Shown: positions 40,062 through 50,259, counted from the stretch's first letter. The stretch: 64,000 nucleotides of DNA from Chitinophagaceae bacterium (GCA_049242885.1 JBMLOQ010000130.1:5821-69820); one strand, 5' to 3'. Numbers and translations are program-made. The notes: generated from the letters alone by a model not told the origin.

Positions 40062-40144
40062 GACGATTATTTTGGTCATTGGTCATTTGTCGCTAGTCAA
40101 TTAAATCTTTTATCAATTTTTTGACTGATGACTTAATGACTAAT

Positions 40145-40666
40145 TTATCCATTAAATACTTTTGATAATTTTATATTTCTATTTTTTGCTACAGCTATTG
40201 GCTCACGTAATTCACTAAGTGCTTTTATTGTAGCCTTAACTACGTTATGTGGATTTGCACTACCTAAGCTTTTAGCTAATACGTCGGTAATTCCTGCACT
40301 TTCCAAAACTGCACGCATACTACCTCCTGCAATTACACCTGCTCCATGTGCTGCTGGTTTTATTAAAACTTTAGCTGCACCAGCTTTACTGAATTGTTCG
40401 TGAGGAATAGTGCCATGCATTACAGGAACTTTAACTAAATTCTTTTTAGCATCTTCAATACCTTTAGTAATAGCTTCTTGAACTTCTTTTGCTTTACCTA
40501 ACCCTTGTCCAACAACGCCATTTTCGTTACCTACAACTACAAGTGCTGAGAAAGAAAAAGTACGACCACCTTTAGTAGTTTTAACTACTCTGTTTATAGC
40601 AACTACTTTGTCTTTAAATTCAACGTCAGTATTTGCTTTTACTTTATTATCAACTGTTCTAGACAT
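40145..40666 (-). CDS. rpsE: 30S ribosomal protein S5
   Basis: uS5 motifs ([21 protein letters not shown]..., [15 protein letters not shown]). Confidence 0.97.
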   Translation of the reverse strand: MSRTVDNKVKANTDVEFKDKVVAINRVVKTTKGGRTFSFSALVVVGNENGVVGQGLGKAKEVQEAITKGIEDAKKNLVKVPVMHGTIPHEQFSKAGAAKVLIKPAAHGAGVIAGGSMRAVLESAGITDVLAKSLGSANPHNVVKATIKALSELREPIAVAKNRNIKLSKVFNG

Positions 40667-40734
40667 AATTATTTAAGATTTAATGCTTGAATATGGGTAT
40701 TAATAAACCCAATTTCCAAACGCTTAATTATCAA

Positions 40735-41091
40735 TTAAAATTGTAATCCTCCTTCTCTTGCACCTTCTGCAACTGCTTTTATACGACCATGATATAGATT
40801 ACCACCTCTATCGAAAGTCACTTTGCTCAATCCTAATTCAGTTGCTTTACGAGCTATCGCTTCACCAACTAATTTAGATTTGCTACATTTATTACCAGCT
40901 TGTGCTACAATATCTTTATCTTTTGAAGATGCTGCTGCTAAGGTAACTCCAGCATTATCATCAATTAATTGAGCATAGATATCTGTATTGCTTCTAAACA
41001 CACTTAAACGTGGTTTTGAAGAACTACCAGAGATTTTTTTACGAATACGGAACTGAATTTTTTGTTTTGTTCCTATTTTATTACTGTTCAT
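40735..41091 (-). CDS. rplR: 50S ribosomal protein L18
   Basis: uL18 ([18 protein letters not shown]...[26 protein letters not shown]). Confidence 0.97.
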   Translation of the reverse strand: MNSNKIGTKQKIQFRIRKKISGSSSKPRLSVFRSNTDIYAQLIDDNAGVTLAAASSKDKDIVAQAGNKCSKSKLVGEAIARKATELGLSKVTFDRGGNLYHGRIKAVAEGAREGGLQF

Positions 41092-41175
41092 TTGAACCGA
41101 ATTTGAAAATTTAAAAATTTAAAACTACTCTGAGAAGATTTGAATATTTAATAGCCAATCTTCCAACTAGTAATT

Positions 41176-41730
41176 TTATTTACCAGCAGCTTTACCAGCT
41201 TTTCTTCTTAATACTTCACCAGCGAATTTCACACCTTTACCTTTGTATGGTTCTGGTTTACGCAAGCTTCTTAATTTAGCACAAACTTGACCAATTAATT
41301 GTTTGTCGCTACCTTCTAATATGATTATAGGATTTTTACCTTTTTCAGTTACAGTATTTACTTTTAACTCTTTTGGTATTTCAAATATAATATTGTGAGA
41401 ATATCCTAATGCTAAGTCTAAAACGTTACCTGTATTTGCAGCTTTAAAACCTACCCCTACTAATTCCATTTGTTTTACATAACCATCAGTAACACCTTTA
41501 ACCATATTTTGCACTAAAGATCTGTACAAACCATGTAAGGCTTTATGACGAATTTGTTCTGTAGGACGAGAAACGTTGATTACTGAACCATCAACAGTTA
41601 CAATAATGTCTCTATCAACAGTTTGAGTTAAAGTACCCTTTGGACCTTTAACACTTATTACATTCCCAGCTTCAACAGAAGCAGTTACACCTGCTGGCAA
41701 AGAAATGGGTTGTTTACCTATACGACTCAT
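41176..41730 (-). CDS. rplF: 50S ribosomal protein L6
   Basis: uL6 (MSRIGKQPISLPAGV...PEPYKGKG). Confidence 0.97.
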   Translation of the reverse strand: MSRIGKQPISLPAGVTASVEAGNVISVKGPKGTLTQTVDRDIIVTVDGSVINVSRPTEQIRHKALHGLYRSLVQNMVKGVTDGYVKQMELVGVGFKAANTGNVLDLALGYSHNIIFEIPKELKVNTVTEKGKNPIIILEGSDKQLIGQVCAKLRSLRKPEPYKGKGVKFAGEVLRRKAGKAAGK

Positions 41731-41876
41731 ATTATTTTATGTATATATTTTAATTAAAATTGATAATGTTTGATGTTTTCAGCAATGTATAGAATGCTTA
41801 ATTATCATCGTTAAAGAAATACGATTTACACTATCAAAAAATCGTACTATTATTAAAAATTTGTACTAACAAATAA

Positions 41877-42275
41877 TTAACTAATGTAGCAAAGAACTTC
41901 ACCTCCAACGTTTTGTGCTTTTGCTTGTTTATCAGTCAAAACACCTTTAGAAGTACTAATTATTGCAATACCTAAACCATTAATTACTCTTTTCATTTCA
42001 GCAGGTTTAGCATATGCTCTTAATCCTGGACGGCTAACACGCTCTAAGCTTTTTATTGCTGGAACTTTTGTAGCTACATCATATTTCAAAGCTATTTTAA
42101 TTAAACCTTGCTTACTATCATCTTCAAATTTATACTTCAATATATACCCTTGATCGTACAAAATTTCAGTGATTCTTTTTTTAAGATTTGATGCAGGTAT
42201 TTCAACTATTCTATGACCTGCCATTTGTGCGTTTCTAACTCTAGTTAAAAAATCTGCTATAGGATCTGTAACCAT
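41877..42275 (-). CDS. rpsH: 30S ribosomal protein S8
   Basis: uS8 (DPIADFLTRVRNA...GGEVLCYI). Confidence 0.97.
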   Translation of the reverse strand: MVTDPIADFLTRVRNAQMAGHRIVEIPASNLKKRITEILYDQGYILKYKFEDDSKQGLIKIALKYDVATKVPAIKSLERVSRPGLRAYAKPAEMKRVINGLGIAIISTSKGVLTDKQAKAQNVGGEVLCYIS

Positions 42276-42283
42276 AATATTCT

Positions 42284-42320
42284 AATTTGCTAATTAGCCT
42301 ATTTGCTAATGTGCTAATTT
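42284..42320. repeat. cluster of TTGCTAAT word repeats in the rpsH upstream spacer
   Basis: AATTTGCTAATTAGCCTATTTGCTAATGTGCTAATTT holds three copies of the (T/G)TGCTAAT word. The same word recurs in both orientations in other r-protein spacers. Confidence 0.7.
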
Positions 42321-42380
42321 TTATTTAAAAATTTTTTTTCATTTGTTAATCAACTTAAGGCTAATTAACATATTGATTTT

Positions 42381-42650
42381 TTACCAACTTGCTTTTTTAA
42401 CACCTGGTATTAAACCATTTAAAGCCATGTCTCTAAACATTACCCTTGATACTCCAAAATATCTCATGTATCCTTTAGGACGACCAGTTAACTGACATCT
42501 ATTTTTTAGACGTACTGGTGATGAATTTTTAGGCAACATATCTAAGCCAGCTGTGTCGCCTGCAGCTTTTAATGCAGCTCTTCTTTCTGCAAATTTTGCT
42601 ACTAGTTTCTCTCTTTTAGCTTGACGTGCTACAATTGATTTTCTTGCCAT
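42381..42650 (-). CDS. rpsN: 30S ribosomal protein S14
   Basis: uS14 long form, ending [11 protein letters not shown]. Confidence 0.97.
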   Translation of the reverse strand: MARKSIVARQAKREKLVAKFAERRAALKAAGDTAGLDMLPKNSSPVRLKNRCQLTGRPKGYMRYFGVSRVMFRDMALNGLIPGVKKASW

Positions 42651-42716
42651 GTTTATTTTTTATAATCAGATAATATTGTATCAATCAAATTAAACAACTT
42701 ATCTTGTAACTTAAAA

Positions 42717-43289
42717 TTAATCTTTTTTATTTGCTCCTTTAAATGGCATACCTAATTCTTTTAACAATTCGTATGCTTCTTCATTTGTTTCTGCACTGGT
42801 TACAAAGGTTATGTCCATACCAGTGATTTTGTTTACTTTGTCTATATCTATTTCAGGGAAAATAATTTGTTCAGTTACTCCCAGTGTATAGTTTCCTCTA
42901 CCATCAAAAGCTTTATCACTAATACCTTTAAAGTCTCTTACACGTGGTAAGCTAACACTTACCAATCTATCTAAAAATTCATACATTTTTTCTCCACGTA
43001 AAGTAACTCTTGCACCTATTGGCATTCCTTTACGTAACTTAAAGTTTGATATGTCTTTTTTAGACAAAGTAGGAACTGCCTTTTGACCTGTTATTTGCTC
43101 CAATTCGCCAATTGTAACGTCAATTAATTTTTTATCATTAACTGCACCGTTTACACCACGATTTATACAAATTTTTTGCAATTTTGGTGCCTGCATTACA
43201 GTTTTGTAACCAAACTTTTTCATTAAAGCTGGAATTACATCTGCTCTATATTTTGAGGCCAATCTTGGAGTATATTTTGTAGTACTCAT
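42717..43289 (-). CDS. rplE: 50S ribosomal protein L5
   Basis: uL5 ([29 protein letters not shown]). Confidence 0.97.
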   Translation of the reverse strand: MSTTKYTPRLASKYRADVIPALMKKFGYKTVMQAPKLQKICINRGVNGAVNDKKLIDVTIGELEQITGQKAVPTLSKKDISNFKLRKGMPIGARVTLRGEKMYEFLDRLVSVSLPRVRDFKGISDKAFDGRGNYTLGVTEQIIFPEIDIDKVNKITGMDITFVTSAETNEEAYELLKELGMPFKGANKKD

Positions 43290-43328
43290 ATTGATTTTTT
43301 ATTGTTTAACACGACTTTTAACCGTGCA

Positions 43329-43667
43329 TTATTTTATTTCGTTGCCAGATTTTTTACTTACTCTTACTAATTTACCAGTTTCTCTAGTACGTTTAACTTT
43401 GGTAGCTACTTTTGCTTTAGCATCCCATAACATTACATTGCTTATTGCAATTGGTGCCTCAACTTTTACAATTCCGCCTCCAGTGTTTTGAGCTGTTGGT
43501 TTAGTGTGTTTAGTTGCTATTGCTACTCCTTCAACCACAACTTTTGCTTTATCAATTAAAACAGAAAGTACAGTTCTTGGTTTTGTTAAATCCTTATCAT
43601 CACCAGCAATTACTACTACTTGGTCTCCTTTTTTAATATTAAACTTAGGTTTAAATCTGTTGCTCAT
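43329..43667 (-). CDS. rplX: 50S ribosomal protein L24
   Basis: uL24 KOW motif (IKKGDQVVVIAGDDKD). Confidence 0.95.
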   Translation of the reverse strand: MSNRFKPKFNIKKGDQVVVIAGDDKDLTKPRTVLSVLIDKAKVVVEGVAIATKHTKPTAQNTGGGIVKVEAPIAISNVMLWDAKAKVATKVKRTRETGKLVRVSKKSGNEIK

Positions 43668-43735
43668 AATTTCTTTTTTTGAAGATTAAAAGTTGTAATT
43701 ATCAAACCTTTCAATCTTAAACTTTAAATATTTAC

Positions 43736-44104
43736 TTATAATACTTCTGGTGCTAATGAAATAATTTTCATGTATCCTTTATCTCTTAATTCACGAGCTA
43801 CTGGCCCAAATATACGAGTGCCTCTAGGCTCATCTGAATTGTTAAGTAAAACTACTGCATTATCATCAAAGCGAATATAAGAACCATCTTTTCTGCGTAA
43901 TTTATTTACTGTGCGTACAATTACAGCTTTAGATACAGTACCTTTTTTAATACCACCTGCAGGTATTGCATCTTTTACAGTAACTACAATTTTATCTCCA
44001 ATTTTAGCATAGTCTTGTCCACTATTACCTAAAACTTTAATACAAAGTACCTCTTTTGCTCCACTATTATCGGCTACATTAAGCCTTGATTCTTGTTGTA
44101 TCAT
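43736..44104 (-). CDS. rplN: 50S ribosomal protein L14
   Basis: uL14 ([18 protein letters not shown]...). Confidence 0.98.
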   Translation of the reverse strand: MIQQESRLNVADNSGAKEVLCIKVLGNSGQDYAKIGDKIVVTVKDAIPAGGIKKGTVSKAVIVRTVNKLRRKDGSYIRFDDNAVVLLNNSDEPRGTRIFGPVARELRDKGYMKIISLAPEVL

Positions 44105-44209
44105 TTTTATATTTTTTGATTTTTGGATTTCTGATTATTTTTCTCAGAAAGCTAAATCATATTCAAATTGTACATTGGTTGTTATACACTTTAATAGTGT
44201 ACAACCTAA

Positions 44210-44464
44210 TTATTTTGCTTTCTCAACTACTTCTACTAATCTCCAACGTTTTGTTTTGCTCATTGGACGAGTTTCCATGATTTTTACAATGTCTCCAATT
44301 GTGCACTCATCTTTTTCATCATGTGCATGGAAACGAGTAGTTTTCTTTACGAATTTTCCGTAAATAGGGTGTTTTACTTTTCTTTCAACTGCAACTGTAA
44401 TGGTTTTTGTCATTTTGTTGCTTGTTACTACCCCTGTTCTTGTTTTTCTTAAATTTCTTTCCAT
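44210..44464 (-). CDS. rpsQ: 30S ribosomal protein S17
   Basis: uS17 ([18 protein letters not shown]...HPIYGKFV). Confidence 0.97.
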   Translation of the reverse strand: MERNLRKTRTGVVTSNKMTKTITVAVERKVKHPIYGKFVKKTTRFHAHDEKDECTIGDIVKIMETRPMSKTKRWRLVEVVEKAK

Positions 44465-44551
44465 TTTTTTTATTTGAAAATATGAAAAAGTGAAAAAGTG
44501 AAAAAATATTTTACAACAATTTCGGAATTTTCATACTTGCGTATTTCCTAA

Positions 44552-44755
44552 TTAGTTTCTACTGTTTGCCTCAGTTTTAAGACGTGCAATATCTCTTCTT
44601 AAAGATTTAATCATTTGAGGATTTTCAAGTGGTGTCATTGCATGTGCAAATTGCAACTTTGTAAGTCTTAATTTATCTTCAGCAATTCTACCTTTTAAAG
44701 ATTCAACGCTCATATCTTTTAAATCCTCTTTTTTATTTACTTTTTTCTTTGCCAT
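44552..44755 (-). CDS. rpmC: 50S ribosomal protein L29
   Basis: uL29-like 67-aa helical protein at the expected position between rplP and rpsQ. Confidence 0.9.
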   Translation of the reverse strand: MAKKKVNKKEDLKDMSVESLKGRIAEDKLRLTKLQFAHAMTPLENPQMIKSLRRDIARLKTEANSRN

Positions 44756-44867
44756 TTTATTCTAATTTGCTAATGTGATAATTTGCTAAAAAGCTTATTT
44801 ACCACACTATTTGAATTTTCGTTTTATTTACTCCATAATTAGCACATGGGCTAATTTGCTTATTAAA

Positions 44868-45287
44868 CTAAGCTTGCAAATCTCTTCTAATTACAAACTT
44901 TGTTTTAATAGGTAATTTTTGAGCGGCTAAATCCATCGCTGCTTTTGCAGTTTCAACAGATACACCATCGCATTCAAAAATTATACGTCCTGGCTCTACT
45001 ACAGCTGCCCAAAACTCAGGATTACCTTTACCTTTACCCATCCTTACTTCAGCTGGCTTACGTGTAATGATTTTGTCAGGGAAAATTCTTATCCAAACAT
45101 TACCTTCACGTTTCATTGCACGTGTCATACTTTGACGAGCAGCTTCTATTTGACGATTAGTAAGCCATATTGGTTCAAGTGCTTTAAGAGCGAAACTTCC
45201 AAAAGATATGGCAGTACCACGCTTAGCTACTTCTCTTATTCTTCCTTTTTGTTGTTTTCTGTGTTTACTTCTTTTAGGTTGTAACAT
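44868..45287 (-). CDS. rplP: 50S ribosomal protein L16
   Basis: uL16 ([16 protein letters not shown]...[11 protein letters not shown]). Confidence 0.98.
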   Translation of the reverse strand: MLQPKRSKHRKQQKGRIREVAKRGTAISFGSFALKALEPIWLTNRQIEAARQSMTRAMKREGNVWIRIFPDKIITRKPAEVRMGKGKGNPEFWAAVVEPGRIIFECDGVSVETAKAAMDLAAQKLPIKTKFVIRRDLQA

Positions 45288-45295
45288 TTTTCTAA

Positions 45296-45320
45296 TTTGA
45301 AAATTTGAAAATTGAAAATT
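45296..45320. repeat. tandem TTGAAAAT-type word repeats directly upstream of the rplP start
   Basis: TTTGAAAATTTGAAAATTGAAAATT seen directly. The minus-strand sense is AATTTTCAATTTTCAAATTTTCAAA, followed by TTAGAAAA-ATG. Confidence 0.75.
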
Positions 45321-45371
45321 CAGAAATTATATCTTCCTCTTCAGATTTGCTAATTTGCTCATTTGCAAATT

Positions 45372-46163
45372 TTAGTTTCTTCCTCTTCCTCCCCCACTTC
45401 TTCTATCTCCACCACCTCTTCTATCACCTCCTCTATCGCCTCTATCATTTCCACCTCTATCGTTTCTACCATCATTTCTTCTTTCACCAGCAGTATCTTT
45501 ACCACCAATAAAATTAGGATTTAAGTCTCTTTTTCCTAAAACTTCTCCTCTACAAATCCAAACTTTAATACCAATTTTACCGTATACAGTTTGTGCAAAA
45601 ACATTTGCATAATCTATATCCATTCTAAAAGTATGTAATGGTGTACGACCTTGCTTTAACTCTTCGCTTCGTGCAATTTCAGCTCCACCTAAACGACCAC
45701 TCAATTTAACTTTTATTCCTTCAGCACCCATTCTAAGTGTAGAAGCAATAGCCATTTTGGTAGCTCTTTTAAAATTGATACGATTTTCTATTTGACGTGC
45801 AATTGTATCTCCAACAATATTGGCATCTAACTCTGGACGACGAATTTCTAAGATATTGATTTGAACATCACTATTGCTAGTAAGTTTTTTCAATTCTTCT
45901 TTTATTCTATCAACTTCACCACCACCTTTACCAATGATAATTCCTGGTTTGCTGGTATGAATAGTTGTAATAAGCTTACCTAAAGTACGCTCAATAACAA
46001 TTTTAGAGATTCCACCTTTATTGATACGTGCATTTAAATATTTACGAATTTTTTGGTCTTCGATTAATTTACCAGCATAATCTTTTTTGCTGCCATACCA
46101 GTTACTATCCCATCCTCTGATGATGCCTAATCTGTTACCAATTGGATTTGCCTTTTGACCCAT
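45372..46163 (-). CDS. rpsC: 30S ribosomal protein S3 with a roughly 43-aa Arg/Gly/Asp-rich C-terminal tail
   Basis: uS3 core ([13 protein letters not shown]...KH and C-terminal domains), then [44 protein letters not shown]. Confidence 0.97.
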   Translation of the reverse strand: MGQKANPIGNRLGIIRGWDSNWYGSKKDYAGKLIEDQKIRKYLNARINKGGISKIVIERTLGKLITTIHTSKPGIIIGKGGGEVDRIKEELKKLTSNSDVQINILEIRRPELDANIVGDTIARQIENRINFKRATKMAIASTLRMGAEGIKVKLSGRLGGAEIARSEELKQGRTPLHTFRMDIDYANVFAQTVYGKIGIKVWICRGEVLGKRDLNPNFIGGKDTAGERRNDGRNDRGGNDRGDRGGDRRGGGDRRSGGGRGRN

Positions 46164-46180
46164 TGTTTTAATTTAGTAAT

Positions 46181-46206
46181 TTGAAAATTTGAAAATTTGA
46201 AAATTT
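46181..46206. repeat. three tandem TTGAAAAT copies upstream of the rpsC start
   Basis: TTGAAAATTTGAAAATTTGAAAATTT seen directly in the rplV-rpsC spacer. Confidence 0.8.
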
Positions 46207-46266
46207 CTTTATCAAATTGTTTTTATTTTATTTAGATGAAATTTTATATCCCACCTAAAACTTTTT

Positions 46267-46608
46267 TTATCCTTTATCAACAATAATTGTAACGTGATTA
46301 CTTCTTTTTCTTATTTTGTATCCACGTCCTTGAGGTGCTGGTCTCATTCTTTTAATAACTCTACCACCATCCACAAAAATTGTTTTTACTATCAAACTGC
46401 TATCAGCAGCATTGCTTCCTTCGTTTTTTTGTTCCCAATTGTTAATGGCACTTTTTAATAATTTTGCCAATGGTAATGCATTGTGTTGAGGATGATGCTC
46501 TAAAATTGCTAATGCCTTTTCAACTTGCATTCCACGAATTACATCGGCTAACAAACGCATTTTGCGTGGTCCAGTTGGGTAATTATTTAATTTAGCTACT
46601 GCTTCCAT
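46267..46608 (-). CDS. rplV: 50S ribosomal protein L22
   Basis: uL22 ([14 protein letters not shown]...[19 protein letters not shown]). Confidence 0.97.
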   Translation of the reverse strand: MEAVAKLNNYPTGPRKMRLLADVIRGMQVEKALAILEHHPQHNALPLAKLLKSAINNWEQKNEGSNAADSSLIVKTIFVDGGRVIKRMRPAPQGRGYKIRKRSNHVTIIVDKG

Positions 46609-46659
46609 TTTTTTATTTTTCTTATTCTGAAATTTCTAGTTAAGACTAAAAATATAAAA

Positions 46660-46926
46660 TTATTTTTGACCTGAATGACCTTTAAAGTTTCTTGTTGGAG
46701 AAAATTCACCTAATTTATGACCTACCATGAACTCAGTTACATATACAGGTATAAACTTATTTCCATTGTGAACTGCAAATGTATTGCCAACAAAATCTGG
46801 AGTAATGGTACTTCTACGACTCCAAGTTTTTATAACGCCTTTCTTTGCTTTTCCGTCATTCATCCCTAACACTTTTGCTTCTAAATTAGCATCTACGTAA
46901 GGACCTTTTTTAATTGAACGTGCCAT
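46660..46926 (-). CDS. rpsS: 30S ribosomal protein S19
   Basis: uS19 ([11 protein letters not shown]...[23 protein letters not shown]). Confidence 0.98.
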   Translation of the reverse strand: MARSIKKGPYVDANLEAKVLGMNDGKAKKGVIKTWSRRSTITPDFVGNTFAVHNGNKFIPVYVTEFMVGHKLGEFSPTRNFKGHSGQK

Positions 46927-47011
46927 TTTTATTTTTTATTTATGATGTAAAATCAACCACTTACATCTTGTTTATTATTCCAAACTATTTTGGAACATTT
47001 TAACTTTTAAA

Positions 47012-47851
47012 TTATTTGCTTAATTTTTTTCCATTACTTCTTTGAATAATGAATTTATCTGTTCCTTTTCCTTTAGTTCTAGTTTTTTCACCTTTTGCAT
47101 ACTTACCAGTTCTGCTTCTTGGATGTCCACCAGATGATCTACCTTCACCACCACCCATTGGATGATCTACAGGGTTCATGGCAACACCTCTTACTCTTGG
47201 TCTTCTTCCTTTCCAACGGTTTACACCAGCTTTACCAGCAGTTTCCAAGTTATGATCTCCGTTGCTTGTAACACCAACTGTTGCATAACAATTGATTAAA
47301 ACTTTTCTTAACTCACCACTTGGCATTTTAAGTACAGCATATTTCTCTTCTTTATTAGCTAATTGTGCACTAGTACCAGCACTACGAGCCAATTTTCCTC
47401 CTTGTCCAGGTTGTAATTCAATGTTGTGAATCATAGTACCCAAAGGCATATTTTTCATTTGTAAAGAATTTCCTAATTCTGGAGCAACAGCATCTCCACT
47501 CATTACTTTAGCACCAACTTGTAACCCTTGTGGAGCTAAAATATATCTTTTTTCTCCATCAGCATATTCCAACAAGGCAATAAATGCAGTTCTATTTGGA
47601 TCATACTCGATAGTTAATACAGTAGCTTCTACATTATACTTATTTCTCTTGAAATCAATAATACGATATTGTTTTCTTGCACCACCACCTATGTATCTCA
47701 TGGCTCTTCTACCTTGAGAATTACGACCACCAGATCTTGAGATACGCTCAATTAAGCTTTTTTCTGGCTCATTAGTTGTTATTTCTGCATATGCATTACC
47801 AATTCTCCATCTAGTACCAGCGGTCATTGGTTTGTATTTCTTTAATGCCAT
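47012..47851 (-). CDS. rplB: 50S ribosomal protein L2
   Basis: uL2 (GRNSQGR...[17 protein letters not shown]). Confidence 0.98.
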   Translation of the reverse strand: MALKKYKPMTAGTRWRIGNAYAEITTNEPEKSLIERISRSGGRNSQGRRAMRYIGGGARKQYRIIDFKRNKYNVEATVLTIEYDPNRTAFIALLEYADGEKRYILAPQGLQVGAKVMSGDAVAPELGNSLQMKNMPLGTMIHNIELQPGQGGKLARSAGTSAQLANKEEKYAVLKMPSGELRKVLINCYATVGVTSNGDHNLETAGKAGVNRWKGRRPRVRGVAMNPVDHPMGGGEGRSSGGHPRSRTGKYAKGEKTRTKGKGTDKFIIQRSNGKKLSK

Positions 47852-47949
47852 TTTCTTTTTATTTAATTTGATGATTTAATTTACTTATCATCAGTTTTTG
47901 CAATTATTATCAGATTTGCTTTCTATAATCTCTTTTGATGTTAATTAAA

Positions 47950-48249
47950 TTATACACCAGAGTATAAATCAATAGTTTCACCATCAGCTACAGTAACTAA
48001 AGCTTTTTTGTAAGAGCTTTTTGTACCTTGTATATAACCAGCTTTTGTGAAACGGCTTTTATTTTTTGCAGGAGCTACTAATGTGTTTACACTAGTTACA
48101 GTTACTCCATAAAAACTTTCTATCGCTCTTTTAATCTCTAATTTATTAGCTTTTTTACCAACTCTAAAAGCATAAGTACGCAACTTAGTTTGTTGCAAAT
48201 TTGCTTTTTCGGTTAAAATTGGCTTTATTAAAATTTCTGACTGTCTCAT
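47950..48249 (-). CDS. rplW: 50S ribosomal protein L23
   Basis: uL23 (ILIKPILTEKA...KKALVT). Confidence 0.95.
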   Translation of the reverse strand: MRQSEILIKPILTEKANLQQTKLRTYAFRVGKKANKLEIKRAIESFYGVTVTSVNTLVAPAKNKSRFTKAGYIQGTKSSYKKALVTVADGETIDLYSGV

Positions 48250-48314
48250 TTTATTTTATTTAAACTTAGAAAGTATCAGTTTAATGCAACACTTTCTTGT
48301 TTTAGAATTTATTA

Positions 48315-48950
48315 TTACTCAGCTCCTTCTTCTTCTTCTGCGAATATTTTTGCAGCTCCTTCAGATAATACTAATACATCTGCGTTCATAATATCGTATG
48401 TATTAACATCTGCTAATAAAGTAGTTGCAATGTTTGGTATGTTACGAGTGCTTAAAAATACGTTGTCGTTATAATCAGCTAAAACAAACAATGATTTTTT
48501 TGAACCAATGTTTAAGTTGCCCATTGCTGTAGCAATTTCTTTAGTTTTTGGAGCAGCAAAATTCATATCTTCTACAACCAAAATTGCATTTTCTTTTGCT
48601 TTATAGCTAAGAGCAGAAATTTTTGCTAAATCTTTAACTTTTCTGTTCAACTTAATATCGTAAGCATGAGGTTTTGGTCCAAATATAGTACCACCACCTT
48701 TGTATAATGGGTTACGAATATTACCTTTACGTGATCCACCAGTTCCTTTTTGTTTGTGTAATTTGCGACTTGCACCTTGAACTTCGGCACGTGTTTTTAC
48801 TTTGTGTGTTCCTTGACGTTGTGCACCTAAGTATTGCTTAACTGCTAAATAAATAACATGATCGTTAGGCTCAACACCAAAAACTTCAGCAGGTAACTCA
48901 ACAGTACGTCCTGTTGCTTTTCCTTGTATATTTAAAACTTCTACTTGCAT
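48315..48950 (-). CDS. rplD: 50S ribosomal protein L4
   Basis: uL4 (RQGTHKVKTRAEV.G..RKLHKQKGTGGSR.G). Confidence 0.97.
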   Translation of the reverse strand: MQVEVLNIQGKATGRTVELPAEVFGVEPNDHVIYLAVKQYLGAQRQGTHKVKTRAEVQGASRKLHKQKGTGGSRKGNIRNPLYKGGGTIFGPKPHAYDIKLNRKVKDLAKISALSYKAKENAILVVEDMNFAAPKTKEIATAMGNLNIGSKKSLFVLADYNDNVFLSTRNIPNIATTLLADVNTYDIMNADVLVLSEGAAKIFAEEEEGAE

Positions 48951-49017
48951 TTTTTTAATTTGAAAATTGAAAATTATTTTCTTTTTTTCTTTTTGCTAAT
49001 TGTTGTATTAGCTAATT

Positions 49018-49638
49018 TTATTTTTGAACTAATACGATTGATCCATTATGACCAGGTACTGAACCAGTAACTAATATATAATTTTGTTCAGGGAAAATTT
49101 TAACAACTTTTAAGCCTTTCATTTTTACTCTGTCGCCACCCATTCTTCCTGCCATTCTCATGCCTTTGAATACACGTGATGCATCAGAAGAGTTACCAAT
49201 AGAACCTGGAGCTCTTTGACGATCATGCTGACCATGAGAAGCCTCACCAACTCCAGAGAATCCATGACGTTTTACAACACCTTGGAAACCTTTACCTTTG
49301 GTAGTACCAACCACTTCAATATCATCACCTTCAGCAAAAATGTCAACAGTAACAGTTTCGCCTAATGCTTTTTGTATAGAGTAGTTTCTAAATTCTTTTG
49401 TAAATCTTTTTGGAGCAGTGCTAGCTTTTGCAAAGTGGTTAATTTCTGCTTTTACGCTGTGCTTTTCTTTTTTATCAACAACGGCTAATTGTAAAGCGTT
49501 GTAACCGTCTGTTTCAACAGTTTTGATTTGAGTAACCGTATTTGGTTGAGCCTCAATAATGGTGCAAGCTGTTTGTTTGCCATCGGCACCAAAAATGCTT
49601 GTCATCCCAATTTTTTTTCCAATAATTCCTTTCATCAT
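49018..49638 (-). CDS. rplC: 50S ribosomal protein L3
   Basis: uL3 (GIIGKKIGMTSIF...GKGFQGVVKRHGF.G). Two consecutive ATGs at the start. Confidence 0.97.
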   Translation of the reverse strand: MMKGIIGKKIGMTSIFGADGKQTACTIIEAQPNTVTQIKTVETDGYNALQLAVVDKKEKHSVKAEINHFAKASTAPKRFTKEFRNYSIQKALGETVTVDIFAEGDDIEVVGTTKGKGFQGVVKRHGFSGVGEASHGQHDRQRAPGSIGNSSDASRVFKGMRMAGRMGGDRVKMKGLKVVKIFPEQNYILVTGSVPGHNGSIVLVQK

Positions 49639-49654
49639 TTGCGGTTTTAAATTT

Positions 49655-49828
49655 GCCCGCGAGGTTTAATAAAGGACATATAGAAGATGAATATCTATAG
49701 TCAATCCTTGTTTGCCAACGACCTTTTCTTTTGTTTTAAGTATTAAACTTAAGTAGAAGTACCGTTGGTAAACAAACCTCGAAGGGCTTGTTTATATTTA
49801 GCCTTCTCACCACTATTAAGTGGGGAAG
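49655..49828 (-). promoter_or_regulatory. GC-enriched multi-stem RNA structure in the 286-nt rpsJ-rplC spacer (candidate cis-regulatory leader or small RNA)
   Basis: Hand-folded on the transcribed strand. The outer stem GCCCUUCGAGG/CCUCGCGGGC encloses the hairpin GUUUACCAACG...CGUUGGCAAAC (10 bp, 1 mismatch) and a second hairpin AAGGAU..UAUAGA-loop-UCUAUA..GUCCUU. An upstream hairpin CUUCCCCAC-UUAAUA-GUGGUGAGAAG is also present. No ORF longer than about 10 codons. Confidence 0.4.
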
Positions 49829-49924
49829 ATAATTAGTTAAAATCAGAGCTCTTTTAATTCCTAATGAACTTGAGAGTTGATATATTTATTTTTTAGAACT
49901 TTTTTTGTTTTGTCAAAACTTTCA

Positions 49925-50230
49925 TCAAGCTTTGATTTCAACCTCAACACCACTTGGCAAATCTAATTTGCTTAATGCATCAACTGTACGTGAACTAGAA
50001 GTGTAGATATCTAATAATCTTTTATGAGTGCATAATTGAAATTGCTCTCTACTTTTTTTGTTTACGTGGGGAGAACGCAATACTGTGAAAATTCTTTTAC
50101 GAGTAGGTAAAGGAATAGGACCTGTAACTACGGCTCCTGTGCTACGAACAGTTTTTACAATTTTGTCAGCAGACTTGTCTACTAAATTGTGGTCGAAGCT
50201 TTGTAATTTTATTCTAATTCTTTGTGACAT
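49925..50230 (-). CDS. rpsJ: 30S ribosomal protein S10
   Basis: uS10 ([18 protein letters not shown]...). The ATG at 50230 gives the canonical 101 aa, and the track extension (MKKWSPN) is rejected. Confidence 0.97.
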   Translation of the reverse strand: MSQRIRIKLQSFDHNLVDKSADKIVKTVRSTGAVVTGPIPLPTRKRIFTVLRSPHVNKKSREQFQLCTHKRLLDIYTSSSRTVDALSKLDLPSGVEVEIKA

Positions 50231-50259
50231 ATTCGGTGACCATTTTTTCAAATGGAGTG

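Noticed and set aside
45305-45511. 68-aa plus-strand ORF rich in His/Tyr/Phe/Leu (…[33 protein letters not shown])
   Set aside because: It is the antisense reading of the repetitive Arg/Gly/Asp-coding tail of rpsC plus the spacer. The low-complexity mirror frame stays open by chance, and there is no independent start context.
45296-46206. Possibility that the TTGAAAAT / TTGCTAAT tandem words represent a CRISPR array or minisatellite
   Set aside because: The units are only 7-9 nt, there are 2-3 copies per site, there are no spacers of unique sequence, and r-protein genes interrupt them. They do not have CRISPR-like architecture.
50231-50251. N-terminal extension of rpsJ (MKKWSPN) in the ORF track
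   Set aside because: The canonical uS10 starts at MSQRIRIKL. The extension would place the start inside the predicted 5' UTR hairpin and only about 10 nt from the -7 box.
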